Positions 11,873 to 24,600 of a stretch of DNA of 64,000 bases are shown here, one piece after another. Every line of letters starts with the position of its first letter. Position 1 is the stretch's first letter. The notes under the pieces were generated by a model that was given only the letters and a program-made list of their open reading frames with translations, did not search any database and was not told the DNA's origin. The translations under genes and the position numbers were made by a program. This DNA comes from Glaucostegus cemiculus (lineage: Eukaryota): assembly GCA_976551045.1 (NCBI GenBank), contig CDPCPM010000281.1, positions 2,852,001 through 2,916,000 on the forward strand. Reading direction: 5' to 3'.

Positions 11873-14800
11873 TTTACATGTAAAATTATGTATTATTGCT
11901 TTTATTTTAAAAAAGGGAAAATGTACAAAAGAAACAAACTATGGAAAAACTGTCTAGTCAGGTTACAAATTACCTATGAAGTGATGCAAGAATATTTTTT
12001 CTTAAAATGCTGCTGTGACAAAGCACTTGGAAAATGTAATATTTTCACACATTTGTGACATGGGATCCAGTATTCAGATCACTAACCATTACTACCATCA
12101 GATAGCTATCAATGAAGGACATATTTCTTATGAAACACAGTGCCAAAGGCAAGGAGATTTCTGATAGAAAGTGACGGGGGTAAGATGGACAAATAAGATT
12201 TTTAAGAAGTGGAAAGTAGCTCCCCTCTTTGTATTATTGAGGAATTAATGGGTGGCAGGTTTCAGGGGGACTGGGACATTGAACAAGCTCAATAAAATTG
12301 CCAGCATTTCATCAGGGGGTAGTGAAGAGACAAAGACTTCATTTTCTTTTGTTTAAGAAAAAGCTTTCTTATTCCACTTTAGAAAACCATAATGCACTCA
12401 GTGGGTACAAGTTGCTGTGAATGTGATTTGGTTGGAAATAGAACTCCTTCCGAGGCACACAATACAATTCGGGAATCCAGAGGGAAATGCTCAGCAATCC
12501 TGTGTGTTGTTTTGCTCCTGTCCCATTAATGTGGAATAGTGACGGTCAAGGGTGCCACTTTCCACTGGAATTTAGACAGGGCTTGCTTTCTGCTTGACTG
12601 AGCCTGTGTCACTGCTCAGTTTGGTGATTCACAGACAGTTAATGTGCAATACAGGCAGCCTTCAGCTGGCCATTATCATTTGTAGACCAGATTATTTTAT
12701 CAAGGGGGGTGGCGGGTGATCAGTGCTGGAAGTTGCCTAATCACGTTATGTCTGCATTACCTTCTATGTGTCAGTGGTCTGTAACTACAGAACCAAATTG
12801 CCGTAAGACACCTAGATTCATTTAGGTGCCCTGTGAACCCTTGCCTATGAGATACAGGCAAGAGAGAGAGGGAAAAAATGGATTTTACTCATACTGAATC
12901 AGCTTTAATTTGCTGTTGGAATACTTGCATGCATAATGAACAGAGATGGCAAGGTGTCATGGACATCCTTCCATCCCATCTTACAATAAACAGCTGTACG
13001 TGAAACATCAACATTTCGATCTCTCTGACCTGTTGGCTCGTGTGAAAATTGAAATAATGATAATGTACGCCTCAGACTGCATCAAAGTATCAGCACATCA
13101 AAGCCAGGAGGCATGAAATGCAAATGATAACATAAAGCAGATGGATTGAGCATGATCGCCGACACAGAATGAATTTCAATACAGCTTGAGATAAATACGT
13201 TATCCCAGCATTTTTTTTTGTTCTTGGTTCTGACTCCTGACGATATTTTTTTTCACACTCCAGCAATCACTCGCTCCATCTCTTGCGTTTCAGGTCATGT
13301 CGGCACAGCTCCGGTGGAAATAATAGGATATAAACTCGGAGGTTGTTATTTGCATAGAAATAGCATGGAGCCCCAGGCAGTGGAGAGAAGGACAAGGAGA
13401 TCATTTGTCTAAAATTTTAATGAAAACTTTTGCTGAGGCAGAGGTTTTTCTCCCCCCTCCACCATCCCGTCCCCATCCCCCTTCCTCCCCACTGGTAAAT
13501 TAACATGGCTCTACTGTTGAATTAGATGGTACAGGATAAATTGTAGTGAAGGAATGCAATGACATATAAATTTCAATTTGGTTCCAATGATAAAAACTAG
13601 ACATGGAGGTTCTGTTGCGGGGGTGGGGGGGGGGGTGGAGTGAGGTGAGTGGTGGCAGAAAACGTAGCCCTAATTTTGTTGAACTCAATGCAGTAATACA
13701 TTTTACTTTGAAGGATTGTTGCAGCCTTGTATAAACTCTGTAAAGCAGCAGCAGTCTTGTTTGTGTTAAGTATTATTAAAGGGAGCTTTTTTTTGCAAGG
13801 TAGTCCCACCTTGGGCATGTTTAATTTTATGAAGGCTGAAGCCATTCTTCTTTTTTAAAAATAATGTAATTTACATAATTTTGGTTTGAAGTGCAGAAAT
13901 TGAAGCTTACAACAGAGAAATTTGCAAGCAATTTTTTTGTTGTTTATAGTTAATCTACCTTTTGCTTAAAAAGACTGATAATTTGGGTTGTTCTTTGCAC
14001 TGTGCAATCTAATTATTTTAAGGGATGCTGCTATGTGTATTTTCAAATTGGCTTTGGTAAAGTTTGAGGGAGTACCTGAAACGGCCCACTTTCAGTGTTT
14101 GTGCAGGGTCTTCAGATAATTACCTTCTATATTTTGTTTATATTTATTGACTCAATGCTTTATTTCTGCTTCATGGTGATAAGAATTTTTATTTTTGAAC
14201 AAAGCCATAATTTTTTTTTGTGTAGTTCATTGTCCTTGAGGTGATGCGATAGATGCTGATAAAACTTCTGCTCCTCTTTTCTGGGGATCAGTGGAGGTGT
14301 GAAGATTTGCTTGGAGTCCCCCAAGAGTGTGCCAGTGGTTACAGAAGTCTATCATAAATATTTTCAGGTGGTCTCTGAAAGTATGTCAATATTTGTATGA
14401 TGTCTCCATGTCAAAAGTTTCAAACCCATTATTATACAAGATGCTTTAACACATAATTTGATATCAACCATCTCCTCCCTCAGAGCAGTACTGCTTAAGG
14501 CAAGTGATTTACATGGTTTGACATCCTGCGACAAATCAAGTGGTTTTTGCAATCTACTGTGACTAGTGCGATTGTATTAAAAATTTCTTAACGGTCTTGT
14601 TTCCAAAGCAGAATCTGATCGTGACGGCGCAGTGCTGTATTCCTATTACTGTGCCAATTTAAAAATGTTCCCTCTGGAACCCTTTTAGTCATCAATCTGC
14701 ACACTATGGTTAAATGAACTGTTAGTGCACTGGAGCTGACAATAGATGACCTACAAGGTAACCAGATACTCGGTAGTTTCAAGTGATTAGATAGTAAACA

Positions 14801-17719
14801 GTGCCATGATGAGCAAGTCTTACCATCTTGTTTTATACGAGTATTTTTTCATGGGGCCTCCTGAGTCCAGTGTTAAAATGGCAGAACTGATGGAAGTTTT
14901 GCTCCCTCACAAGATTTATTCACAACAGAGTTCCTTCTAACATATCACAAGAAACTTGCTGAAGGTGTTCAGAAAACAGGTACTCACTAAAAGAGAGTTT
15001 ACAAAGACTTGCAATGCAATTGAAGGAAAGGGAGTAGGGGGAGTTGTCAGAAATGAGGACTGCTGAAGGGGAGGTGTAGCAAATGGGACATTGTCAACTG
15101 AAGGCCAGGCTGCAAATGGCAGATTAAAAGCAGGAGATAAGAGACCTGAATGTTTGGAGTCCAAGGAGTACAGTGGTTGTGCACTCACAGGCAGTTGTGT
15201 AGCTAGAGAAGCTGCAAGGTAGAAGAGTACAAATATACTTCATTATTCAAGTTGTGGCTTTTGGTAAGCTGTAGCGAGAAAAATCACCAATTCTAGTGGT
15301 TGTACATTATGTACTGAGCTGTCGTCGTGGTAGAGCTCGTCTCTGGTTATCACATTCTTGTCTCCTCTGGATATTCCAGCTGGTGCTGTAGTTGAGACCT
15401 GTTTGGGAGATGGTGGAAAATATATGTCACATTGTTGTTACAGCTGGCTATCTCGTGTCACAAGGTTTTAGTATTTCAGTTTACTTCTCTATTTCAATCT
15501 GCTGCATTTTGTTTTCAGATATACTTCAGGTTCCTGCTTCAACATGTTGAATTTATTTAAACACCTTTTAATGTGGTTTAAAAATATCCCAAGTCAATAC
15601 TGGGATATGTTGAGTTAAGCAAAGCAACTTAATTGTGATTGACTCTCGGTGGTTCTGGCGCCTTTCCCAGTGGAGTTGCAGAAAGGAATATCTACCCATA
15701 CTTAGGACAACTCTACTTCTTCAAATCCTAACCCTTTCCATATCAAGTCTGCTTCCACATTTGACTCTACCTCAAGCTTCTGCCATCTGAGTTCTTTTTC
15801 TACATTGCTTTTCAACTGATCTCTACACTCCGCAACCTTGTATCTTCTGTTTTTATTCTGCCCATCTCCCGGTGGAAGAGTTTTACTTGTTTCACTTTCA
15901 GTGATTGGACCTCAAGTCCCTCTGCCTCTCGCTTTCTATTCAGAAACCTTTTGGTCATTTTTTTAGTTGTCTCTTAACTCCTGTGGAGGTTGAGAATCTG
16001 TTCCCTTCTTCCTCTGTGAAGCTCATTCTCTGTTGGGGATGTTAAATAAATGCAAATAGTTTTATTAGATTTAAGTAACTGCCAATCAAAATGTCAGGTG
16101 TGACCAATTTTGCTGAGATGGATTTTGTGCAACATGGTTTTGTTAGCACGAGTGATAGAAAGCCAGCCAGTCATGACTCGCCCATTACAATGATCTTTTA
16201 ACACTTAAGCAGCTAACAAACCAGTTAACCATTATAAATGTCAGAAAATCTGTGGACTCAGCTTTGCAGCAAAGATTTTCAATAATGGCGCAGCTTCTGA
16301 TACAAAAAGTGTGCATTTGAGTGGGGGTTTCCATTTTTTTATTTTCCTGAATTGCAGTTGCTAATTTTAAAAAAAATGACAGTGGGTTTCTTTCTTGGAC
16401 TACCGTAGTCCTTACAATTATAATTCCACAGTGTTGTTGAATAGCTAATTCCAAGATATTGGCCTAAGAATGAATTGTGGGTGAACGTGAACTCTGGGTT
16501 TTGAGTAAGCAGTCATGTCTGTCTTTACTATATTTGGAGAAAGTTTATGGTCAAAATGAGCAATAAATTTCAGGAATTAATAATCTATGCATTCCTAGAG
16601 ATGAATGAACATGCTCATAAGTTGGCCTTCAATCATAACAAAGCAAATAAAGGAGCAGGTAGTTGTCATTCATGTTAACACCAATTCTGTGCAATTATAT
16701 AGTCCTGCAGAAGTGGCAATAGATATTGCCTCTCAAAGTCATGTTCTCAAGATCCGAGTTAGCTGGATCTTCCTGCACTGATCCTGCTAAGTCGGAGGAA
16801 ATTGCAGGTACAAATTCCGGGTCTTCTAGACCTCGTGCAGTTATTCCACTAACTGAGCAGCCACACACCACCAACAGTGGGAGCACTGAGGAGAGTGCCA
16901 CTTGTCTGAGGCATTCACAGAAATTCACAAGTGGTATTTGCCCCCCAAAAAGTTTGCTAAACACACATGCCACACAAAGTTTAGTACAGTTTTAAAGGAA
17001 ACCTTCAAATTATTGCAGTTTGCATTCTTTTATTGTGCAGTAAAGGGACCATCAGTTGTGCAAGAGCAAATATCCACATCCTACCCAGAAAAGTAAACCT
17101 GGTAGAATCTGTTTCTTTGAAGCAGAAAAAGGCACCTAGGGTTTTAGTGCTATGAGCTTGCTCACTCCAGTCCATGTTTTAAACGTCTGCAGTACTACAC
17201 TGGCACTTTGACTGGCTCTTGAGTTCTGGAGGTTGTTTAGTGGTGTTGCCATTCCTTTGCCATGTCTCCAAAGATTCTGTTTCCATCCATCCTTTTCCTT
17301 CAGAGACCTGGACTGTGTTTGAGTAGATGCCGAGTGAATAATAGTCTTTTCCTATATAAACAATAAATGCTCAAGTGGCCACATGGATTTACACTGAAGT
17401 CCTATACAGTGTGGAACCCATTAGTATGCCAGACCTATAGCTGGCTGTACGTGACCATAAGACAGATCCAGGCCTTGGGCTGCTGGACTTGTGTGATAGC
17501 TGTGTGTTTTCCTGGAAGGGCCCTATGCCATAATAAAAGTTTGTGAGGATTGTTGACAATGTTGTGCATTATGATGAGCTGATTATTGCAACAGATCATC
17601 TTAACACAATAAAATGCATCACTCATCATTGATGCACCTGACCTTAAGCATGGGCTACTTTTAAGCTCTCCCCACGTATCTGATTCTTGTATGTTCGTTC
17701 ATCTCAATTGGCCACAGTC

Positions 17720-18085
17720 TCGCTGCAGAATAGGGCAACCATGAGTTCCAGTCCTACTCCAGAGTTTGTAAACGTAAGCCAATGTTTCAGCGTTGAAGAG
17801 GTGTTGCTTTCTTGGAGATGCTGTTGTTTGAATTAAGTATTAAGCTGAACTGCTTTAACCTGTTTTCATAAAAATAAAACTAGTGGCATTATTGGAAAAA
17901 GCGGGTGTTCTCATTGTCCTGGCCACTGTTTCTCCAACAGTTTCATTGCCTGTTTTTGAGGTCAAGACTGCTATAAATTGGCTTCTTTGTCTCCACAACA
18001 AACACTGCATTTCAAAGTAATTCGCAGTATGTGAAGAGTAACAAGATGTTTGGAGCAGATGAGACACCACGTAAACACTTTTTTA
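17720..18085 (+). mobile_element. Decayed DeuSINE (SacSINE1-like)
   Basis: gttccagtcctactccagag head and gtgttctcattgtcctggcca core similarity. Confidence 0.55.
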
Positions 18086-18534
18086 TGTTATGCCTTCAGT
18101 GCTGGAATACTGAAGTTTGCTTTTTCAATGCCCTCTGCTGAAGGCTGTCCTCTTGTTCTCCTCCTCCACAACATCCAGCTGCTGCTGTGACCATGCTGAG
18201 GAGTTGAAAGCTCCTCTCTATGATTCACCGAGTCAGTGCTTTGGTGACATTGCAAAAATCTTGCCCTTTATTTGACTGCTTCGTACCAGGTCTGGGTTTG
18301 AGTGTTCCCTTCCACTACGCAATTCGGCATGACAGACCTTTATTTTCTTGCATTAATTTTTGCAACTGCACATTAGGAAGAGTGAGCAAAGCATAAAATC
18401 CTCCACTGGTGTTCATGCACGCCTGACTTATTCAAGTTGATCAAACATTTGGCCCAGACCAGTCACTTGAGATGCTTCAATGTTTGATAATAATATGGGT
18501 GTCAAGCCTGTTAGAAAGCAAAATGCTTCTTCAC

Positions 18535-19253
18535 TAGCGATTCTTCTACTAGGTGGTCCCTCATCCATTCTAGTTAAGTGGGCTCTGGGGTGAACCAGTG
18601 GAAGCCACTAAAGGGGATCTGCAGACTCTTCGACAGCTGAAGCCAGAGAGTGCTGATGGGGTAGGCTGGTAGGTAGTTTGTGAGCCAATGGGCTCCTACT
18701 GATGTCTGCTGCTCCTTTTGTCTACTCCATTGCATGAACTCTTGATTCCCTATGCTATCCTGAATTCCCCTTTTCCACTCTGAGCTGAGATTCCCAGCAG
18801 TTAGTAGGGATGTTGCAATTTTTTCAGAGTGGCTTTGAGCAGATCCTTGAATCTTTCCATCTGCATACTTGTTGACCTCTACTTAATGATAGAGCTTGGA
18901 ATAGTGTCTGGTATCAAGCATATGAATGATGTTGCCTGCCCAATGGAGCTGACTGGGTGTAACTAGGGCTTCAATGCTGCAGGTATTGGCTCAAGAGGGC
19001 CAGTCCCAGTGAATTTGGAGGATTTTGTGAAGACAGCATTCATGGTGCCTTGAGATGCATGTTGTAGGTTGTCCAGGTCTTTAGAAGCTTACATAGGAGG
19101 GCAGAGATCACTGCTGCCTGGTGGACACTGAGTTTTGTGCCAGGTCTGAAGTCTTGATCTTCAAGCACCCTTTTCCTCAACCAACCAAATTTTCCATGGG
19201 CATATTAATGGCAATAGTGAATATCTTGATTGCTGTCTACCTTTGCTAAGAGG
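18535..19253 (-). mobile_element. RTE-clade LINE, 3' part (degenerate)
   Basis: Minus-strand translation GKFGWLRKRVLEDQDFRPGTKLSVHQAAVISALL...SIEALVTPSQLHWAG resembles the RTE RT C-terminal region. Confidence 0.8.
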
Positions 19254-19254
19254 T

Positions 19255-20085
19255 CCTTGTGAAGAGACTTTCGGCTACTGTCCTAAGAAGAGCTAGGACT
19301 GACGTGATTGAGGAGCTATTAACTACAAGCAGTAAGCATTCCTGGATTGAAAGCTCAACCATTCTTCAAGAGGAGTGGGGGAGAAAAAAGAGAATCAGTT
19401 CCTCATGACCAAGAGAACAGATGGTGGAAAGAAAGAACACAGGAGGTTCAGCAACAACAGTCATGACATGCTGAAGTTCTTTGGCACCATCAGGACCACC
19501 TCTGGGTCAAATGCCAAAAGTCCCCACTGCACTCTTGAGCGATTGAACAAGTATTGAGGCAATCGATGCTCACTGGAAATTGACTCCTCCCACCGCCTGA
19601 AGAGCCTGCTTCCAAATCACATTGTGGACTCTGTCCATCTGAAAGTACAATGGACATCATCTTCACCATGCAGCACCTCCAAGATAAACACAGGGGACAG
19701 CACCAACCACTAAACCTGCCCCTTTGACTCCAGAAGATACTTTCTTTTAAGATCATTATTCGTCACATGTACGTCAAGACATACAGTGAAATACATCTTT
19801 TGCGTAGTGATTTTGGGGGGCAGCCCGCAAGTGTCGCCATGTTTCCGGCACCAACATAGCATGCCCATAACTTCCTAACCTGTACGCCTTTGGAATGTGG
19901 GAGGAAACCGGAGCACCCGGAGAAAACCCACGTAGACACGGGGAGAACGTACAAACTCCTTACAGACAGTGGCCAGATTTGAACCCGGGTGCTGGCACTG
20001 TAAACCATTGTGCTAACCACTATGCTACCGTGCCGTCCACTGTGGAGCATTCTCCTCAAATTTAGCTGCCCACAAGTTTGTCTCT
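19255..20085 (+). mobile_element. RTE-clade LINE, more 5' RT fragment in opposite orientation, interrupted by a V-SINE
   Basis: Degenerate STMDIIFTMQHLQDKHRGQHQPL (19645-19715) resumes after the SINE as LWSILLKFSCPQ (20040-20075). Confidence 0.75.
19755..20038 (-). mobile_element. tRNA-derived V-SINE
   Basis: Reverse complement of the head and V-core seen at 6331 (gtgggaggaaaccggagcacccggagaaaacccacgtagacacggggagaac), with a different 3' tail. Confidence 0.85.
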
Positions 20086-20939
20086 GTTTTGTTTAAATTT
20101 TATTTTCACATTTAATTTTTCTTAACAGGAGCTCTACCGCAATCTTTTCCTCAAGCGCAAAGCATTTTAAAGCTAACACCTTAAGTCTTTTCAGTATTTA
20201 AAACCCTTGATCATTGACAGTAGAAAAGCCACCTGCCTGTAGTGTAACCACTTGTACACGGAGATTCCCAGCACAGAATGAACAATCCTCTGTACCAGCA
20301 AATAAGCAGTCCTGAAAGTTGTCTTTAATGACCCACTCTGTCTAGAATTGCTGCTCACTTACTTGTGTCTGCAGCCTAAATATTGCTGTTTGTGACAATG
20401 GTCATTATTTAATAATACCCCCCACCCCCCAGTACATTTACTTTCAATGTAAGTGAGATACAGGGACAGAAGGGGGTGAAGTAATTGTGTTAATATTTTG
20501 TAAAATAATATTAAAGCATTAATTTCTAGTATTGTACATGCCACCCATGGGACGAAAATGGAGTTGGATCTGAGAACTATAAATGATGATCTTGGCTTTA
20601 AGGTCCAACAATATTAATCAGAAATGTTTCTTAAAATAGCAATTTTTTTTAGAACTGGATATTTTCTTTGTCTAAAGCATTTAGCATAATCTGAACTGTG
20701 AGGGAGGTAAGGGACAGAAACTAACGGTTGCTAATGAATTTTGATTCAAATCAGAGCAGTCTGTACTTGTCAGGATGACAGACTTGTAATTTAACCTGCT
20801 CAAAAGCATTTCCTGGCAAGTTAAAAATAACACTAAATGTGTGTGCAACTAGCACTTCATTCAGCTAGAAATCTCTCATTTTGCAGTTTATTTTACTGCT
20901 TTACATTTTTTTTAGGTTGGTGAAAAAACAGTATTAAGG

Positions 20940-21170
20940 ATCGTTACCATAATATCGCAATACTTTGACCATCTTACACTACAATGGACATTTTTGTTCT
21001 AATTGTGTTCTTTAACGTATAATTTATTCTTAATTTATGTTTTTCTTCTGAATGTTGTGTATCTGATGCTATGTGCCTATGATGCTGCTGCAAGTAATTT
21101 TCTCATGTACGTGTGCATATGACAATAAATCCGACTGACTTTGAAACTCAACTTTGAATTTTGACTTTGA
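20940..21170 (+). mobile_element. Rex1/Babar-type LINE 3' UTR
   Basis: Reverse complement of 6273-6760 and 50678-50880; ends gacaataaa...(actttg)n. Confidence 0.75.
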
Positions 21171-21509
21171 CCACCCTCTGTACCTTCACCTATCTACATT
21201 TTCAAGACTTGCCTTAGGGTTACCTCTTACCAGAGGTAATCCACCATTACCTCTTCTCTCCTATCCAAGATGATAAAATACCAGTTGGTTAAAGAGAGAT
21301 ATCTTAAAGTATAGCAAATCTGTCATGGATTTTAATTTGAAGTCCAAGAATAAAGGTTAACTATTTTATTTAGTAATTAGACAAATTTTTATGTTTGGTA
21401 CAGAATCCATGGCTATTTTAATCCTCAGCTGGGCAAGTTCTCTGTGATTTGTGTCCAGGTTATGCCAGCCAAAGTAAGCCCATTCTCTCCTTGATATGAA
21501 ACCTTGTGC

Positions 21510-21665
21510 TAGAAATCTGAAAAACAGAAAATGCTGCAAATACTCAGCAGGTCGGACAATATCCATGGAGACGGAAAGGATCAACATTTCCAGTCTATGG
21601 CCTCTCAAAGATCATCAATCTGAAACATTAACTCTGTTTCTTTCCGTGGTTTCTGCTGGGTTTGC
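21510..21665. mobile_element. Penelope-derived hairpin element (older subfamily)
   Basis: gaaatctgaaaaacagaaaatgctgcaaatactcagcaggtc...atcatcaatctgaaacattaactctgtttc. Confidence 0.65.
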
Positions 21666-21879
21666 AGGTCATGGTCAGGGCTCCTACATGAGTCACTACA
21701 GTTGGTATTCACGGTTCATTCCACTCTCAGATTTGATGCCCTATACATTGGAAAGCATGGGCTTCTATGGGGAATATGGTCTGTAGATAGGATGGGATCC
21801 AGCGGGGATACCTTCCGTGACCACCACACGTGAGCTTACATGTAAAGAGGTATTAACCAGTGAGGTGCCAAAGAGCTGC

Positions 21880-22250
21880 AGCCAATGTGAAACTACAGCA
21901 AACATGCCATGGGTCAACATCTTGGGCTAAAGAAGAGATAAGAGGGTAAGAGCAGGATGGGATAAAGCAAAATCACTAAACCTTTGGCAAATCTGTTTTT
22001 ATTTGTTTTCGCATACATGCTCTCTGTGTCTGAACATATCTGAATTTATTTTGTGTTCATCTTGAAAAAGCTTTTATCTCCATAGTGCTAAACACCATTA
22101 CAATTTGCGTTGCTAACTAGAGGTGAGGTCAGTTAAAATAAAGAGAGGTCAAATCACAGACTATTGCTATTAAACAGCAACAGAATGCACATACAGTGAC
22201 AGGGACACTCTTTGCTGTCTTGGAAGGTTTTATAGAGCAGCAGTTAGTCA
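21880..22250. repeat. Diverged local duplication, copy A (partner 27488-27847)
   Basis: Colinear direct-repeat similarity along about 370 bp; not recognised as a TE. Confidence 0.9.
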
Positions 22251-24504
22251 CTGTAGGAATGCTGAGATGTATGCAATAACCTTCAGGCAGCATAATTTCT
22301 ATTAATCAGCTCTGGGGTCATTGGCAGAACACACAGAAATCTGTAGTGGGGGATGGGGGAGAAATAAGGAAAGGCAACCACTGAAACCACATTCTTTCTC
22401 AATTCTTTCAAATCCACTGGGCTCGTAGCAGTTTGTAGCCTCATAACAGGTTCAGAATGACTGCCTTAAATAGTATGAAATGGAAAGAACTGAACAACTG
22501 TGGTACCACACACAAAAAAAAGCCCAGGGCTACAAAAACACTGGCATTTTGGGAGTGAAATTGCTTCTGTTAATTTAAGAGGGAAAAAAGAGGCATGAAT
22601 ACAAAACAGGATTCGGTCTTTGCACCAACTTTATCATTTCCTTTGTATTTACTTTGAGATTCTAAGACTCCGTAAAGGGTCAGTTTATGGCATGGCCCTC
22701 CTGGTTTCAAAAAATGTATTGTCAGTAGTAACAAGATAGGCATCTGATTCTTCAGTTACCTGTTATTACTAACAAAAGAAAACCCTTAGAATGAAATAAA
22801 TTAGTCTTAGGAGTTATTTTGCTTAGGGGTTTAGAGTGTGTGTGTGTGTAGACTATGCTGGTCACTTACACAACATTGAGAACAGCATTAGCTGTTCTCA
22901 CTTGTGACAGACACATCTATGTAATTTTACTTATACTAAGTATTTTGTTTATAGTCTGGACCAAAAGACTTAGAGTTTTGTTCCATTTTATACAATTTGA
23001 ATTTTTGTAAAATTGGGATCATGTGCTACCAAGGATCGAGAACCTTGCAGTTAATTGAGGAGCGAAAGGATAAGAAACACATGAGGATTTTACAGAGCTA
23101 GATGGGACAACTGTCACCCCTAATTGTACCTTTTGAAGTGATTCAGTATAGATTATTTTGATAATAAGTCGATGAATAAGTATCCAGCTCCAGGAGAGAA
23201 ATCCAGCTGCTGTTGAGTTGAATCATACTGACATTTCAGAACTGGAGATCAGATTTCATACATCCATCATCCACTCTGCTGCTGGATTTGTCACTTTTAA
23301 AACAAAAAAGGTGGAACAGTGTCATGCTGAAGAGAGGAACTGGTGGACTTCACATCTGATCCCTCAGTTTTATGCCAGGAAACTTTAATAAGAGTTGATA
23401 CCCGAATGCTGGACTGAGAAATGTTTGTCCTTTTGGATTAAAGTGTGAACAGCTAACTTTTTTTGGTTTAAAAAAAATCACAAAGCTTTTGCACATTTCT
23501 TACTGAATGATCTGGAGCTTGCCTGGAGTTCAGTGGTTGGATTTAAGGAATGGTGAATTGCAGACTATACATTCTATTTTCATTATCTTCTTTCACTTAA
23601 TATCATTTCACACAATGTCTGTGATTACAGGAGACAGTTTGGCACTTTGGGCTTGTTCGTGAAATCTATTTCACACGGGCCTGTGGTTGTGCTGCCCACA
23701 ACATGCCCCTTGTTGGAGTACAACAATAGTAAACTAACAGTGATCTCATTCATTATGTAGAAACTTGAGTGTTTGCCAGTACATGAGCTGTCAGGGCATT
23801 CTGTCGGTGGAGCTTCTGGATGCCAGGATGGTGTTCAGAGCCCCACAAAATGCTTCAGGTGTGGTGGTTCTGTTTACCTGTTGCTAAACATCTGGAAAAA
23901 GTGTGGGCAGGCAGTGCAGATGGCAAATCTAGATAGTAGGTTGTGTTGAGGATGGTCCAATCCATTGTTTACAGTGATTTTGTTTTTATAACCTGCATCA
24001 GAACTCTCAAAAACCAACAGCAACCACTTAATTGGAGTTATACACCAAAAACTGGGCTCTGACATTCCACAATAAGATGCTTTCAGATAGCATTGCTTCA
24101 GAGTAATTTTTGTAGGTGCTTTTTAATAGTCCCTCTTAGTGCACCAACTAGTATATCATTTTCTGGCCCTGGTTCCTTGGAATTGACAACATTTTTCCTG
24201 CCTTGAATTAACTGGCCATGTTGTTTGCTGAGACTTTGCTTTTTTTTTGCCTTGCCTTGGACTCTCTCTGATTATTCTGGTGGAACATCGTGTTATTAGT
24301 CCTGCAGGAAATGGCCTAAGGTTGTGCCTGAGCCTTCTCCCAGTTTGAAGAGTTCACTGTTTATCAAAGTAAACAGTATTTTTGAATTTGTTTTTCTCTC
24401 TTATGGGAAATTTAATCTACACACAGATTGTTCTCCAAGTTCCCTGACAGATTTTTGGGCAAATGTGGATGTACATCTCGGTGATTGAGAGCTCAAAACA
24501 TGGT

Positions 24505-24600
24505 CACAGTTGCAGAAACTAGAGCCGGAGAATGATACAGCATGGAACAGGCCCTTTGGCACATTGAGCATGCTGATCATTAAGCACCCATTTTGCATTA
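24505..24600 (-). mobile_element. CR1/HER1 3' tail fragment
   Basis: atacagcatggaacaggccctttggc is the reverse complement of the HER1-type tail. Confidence 0.6.
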
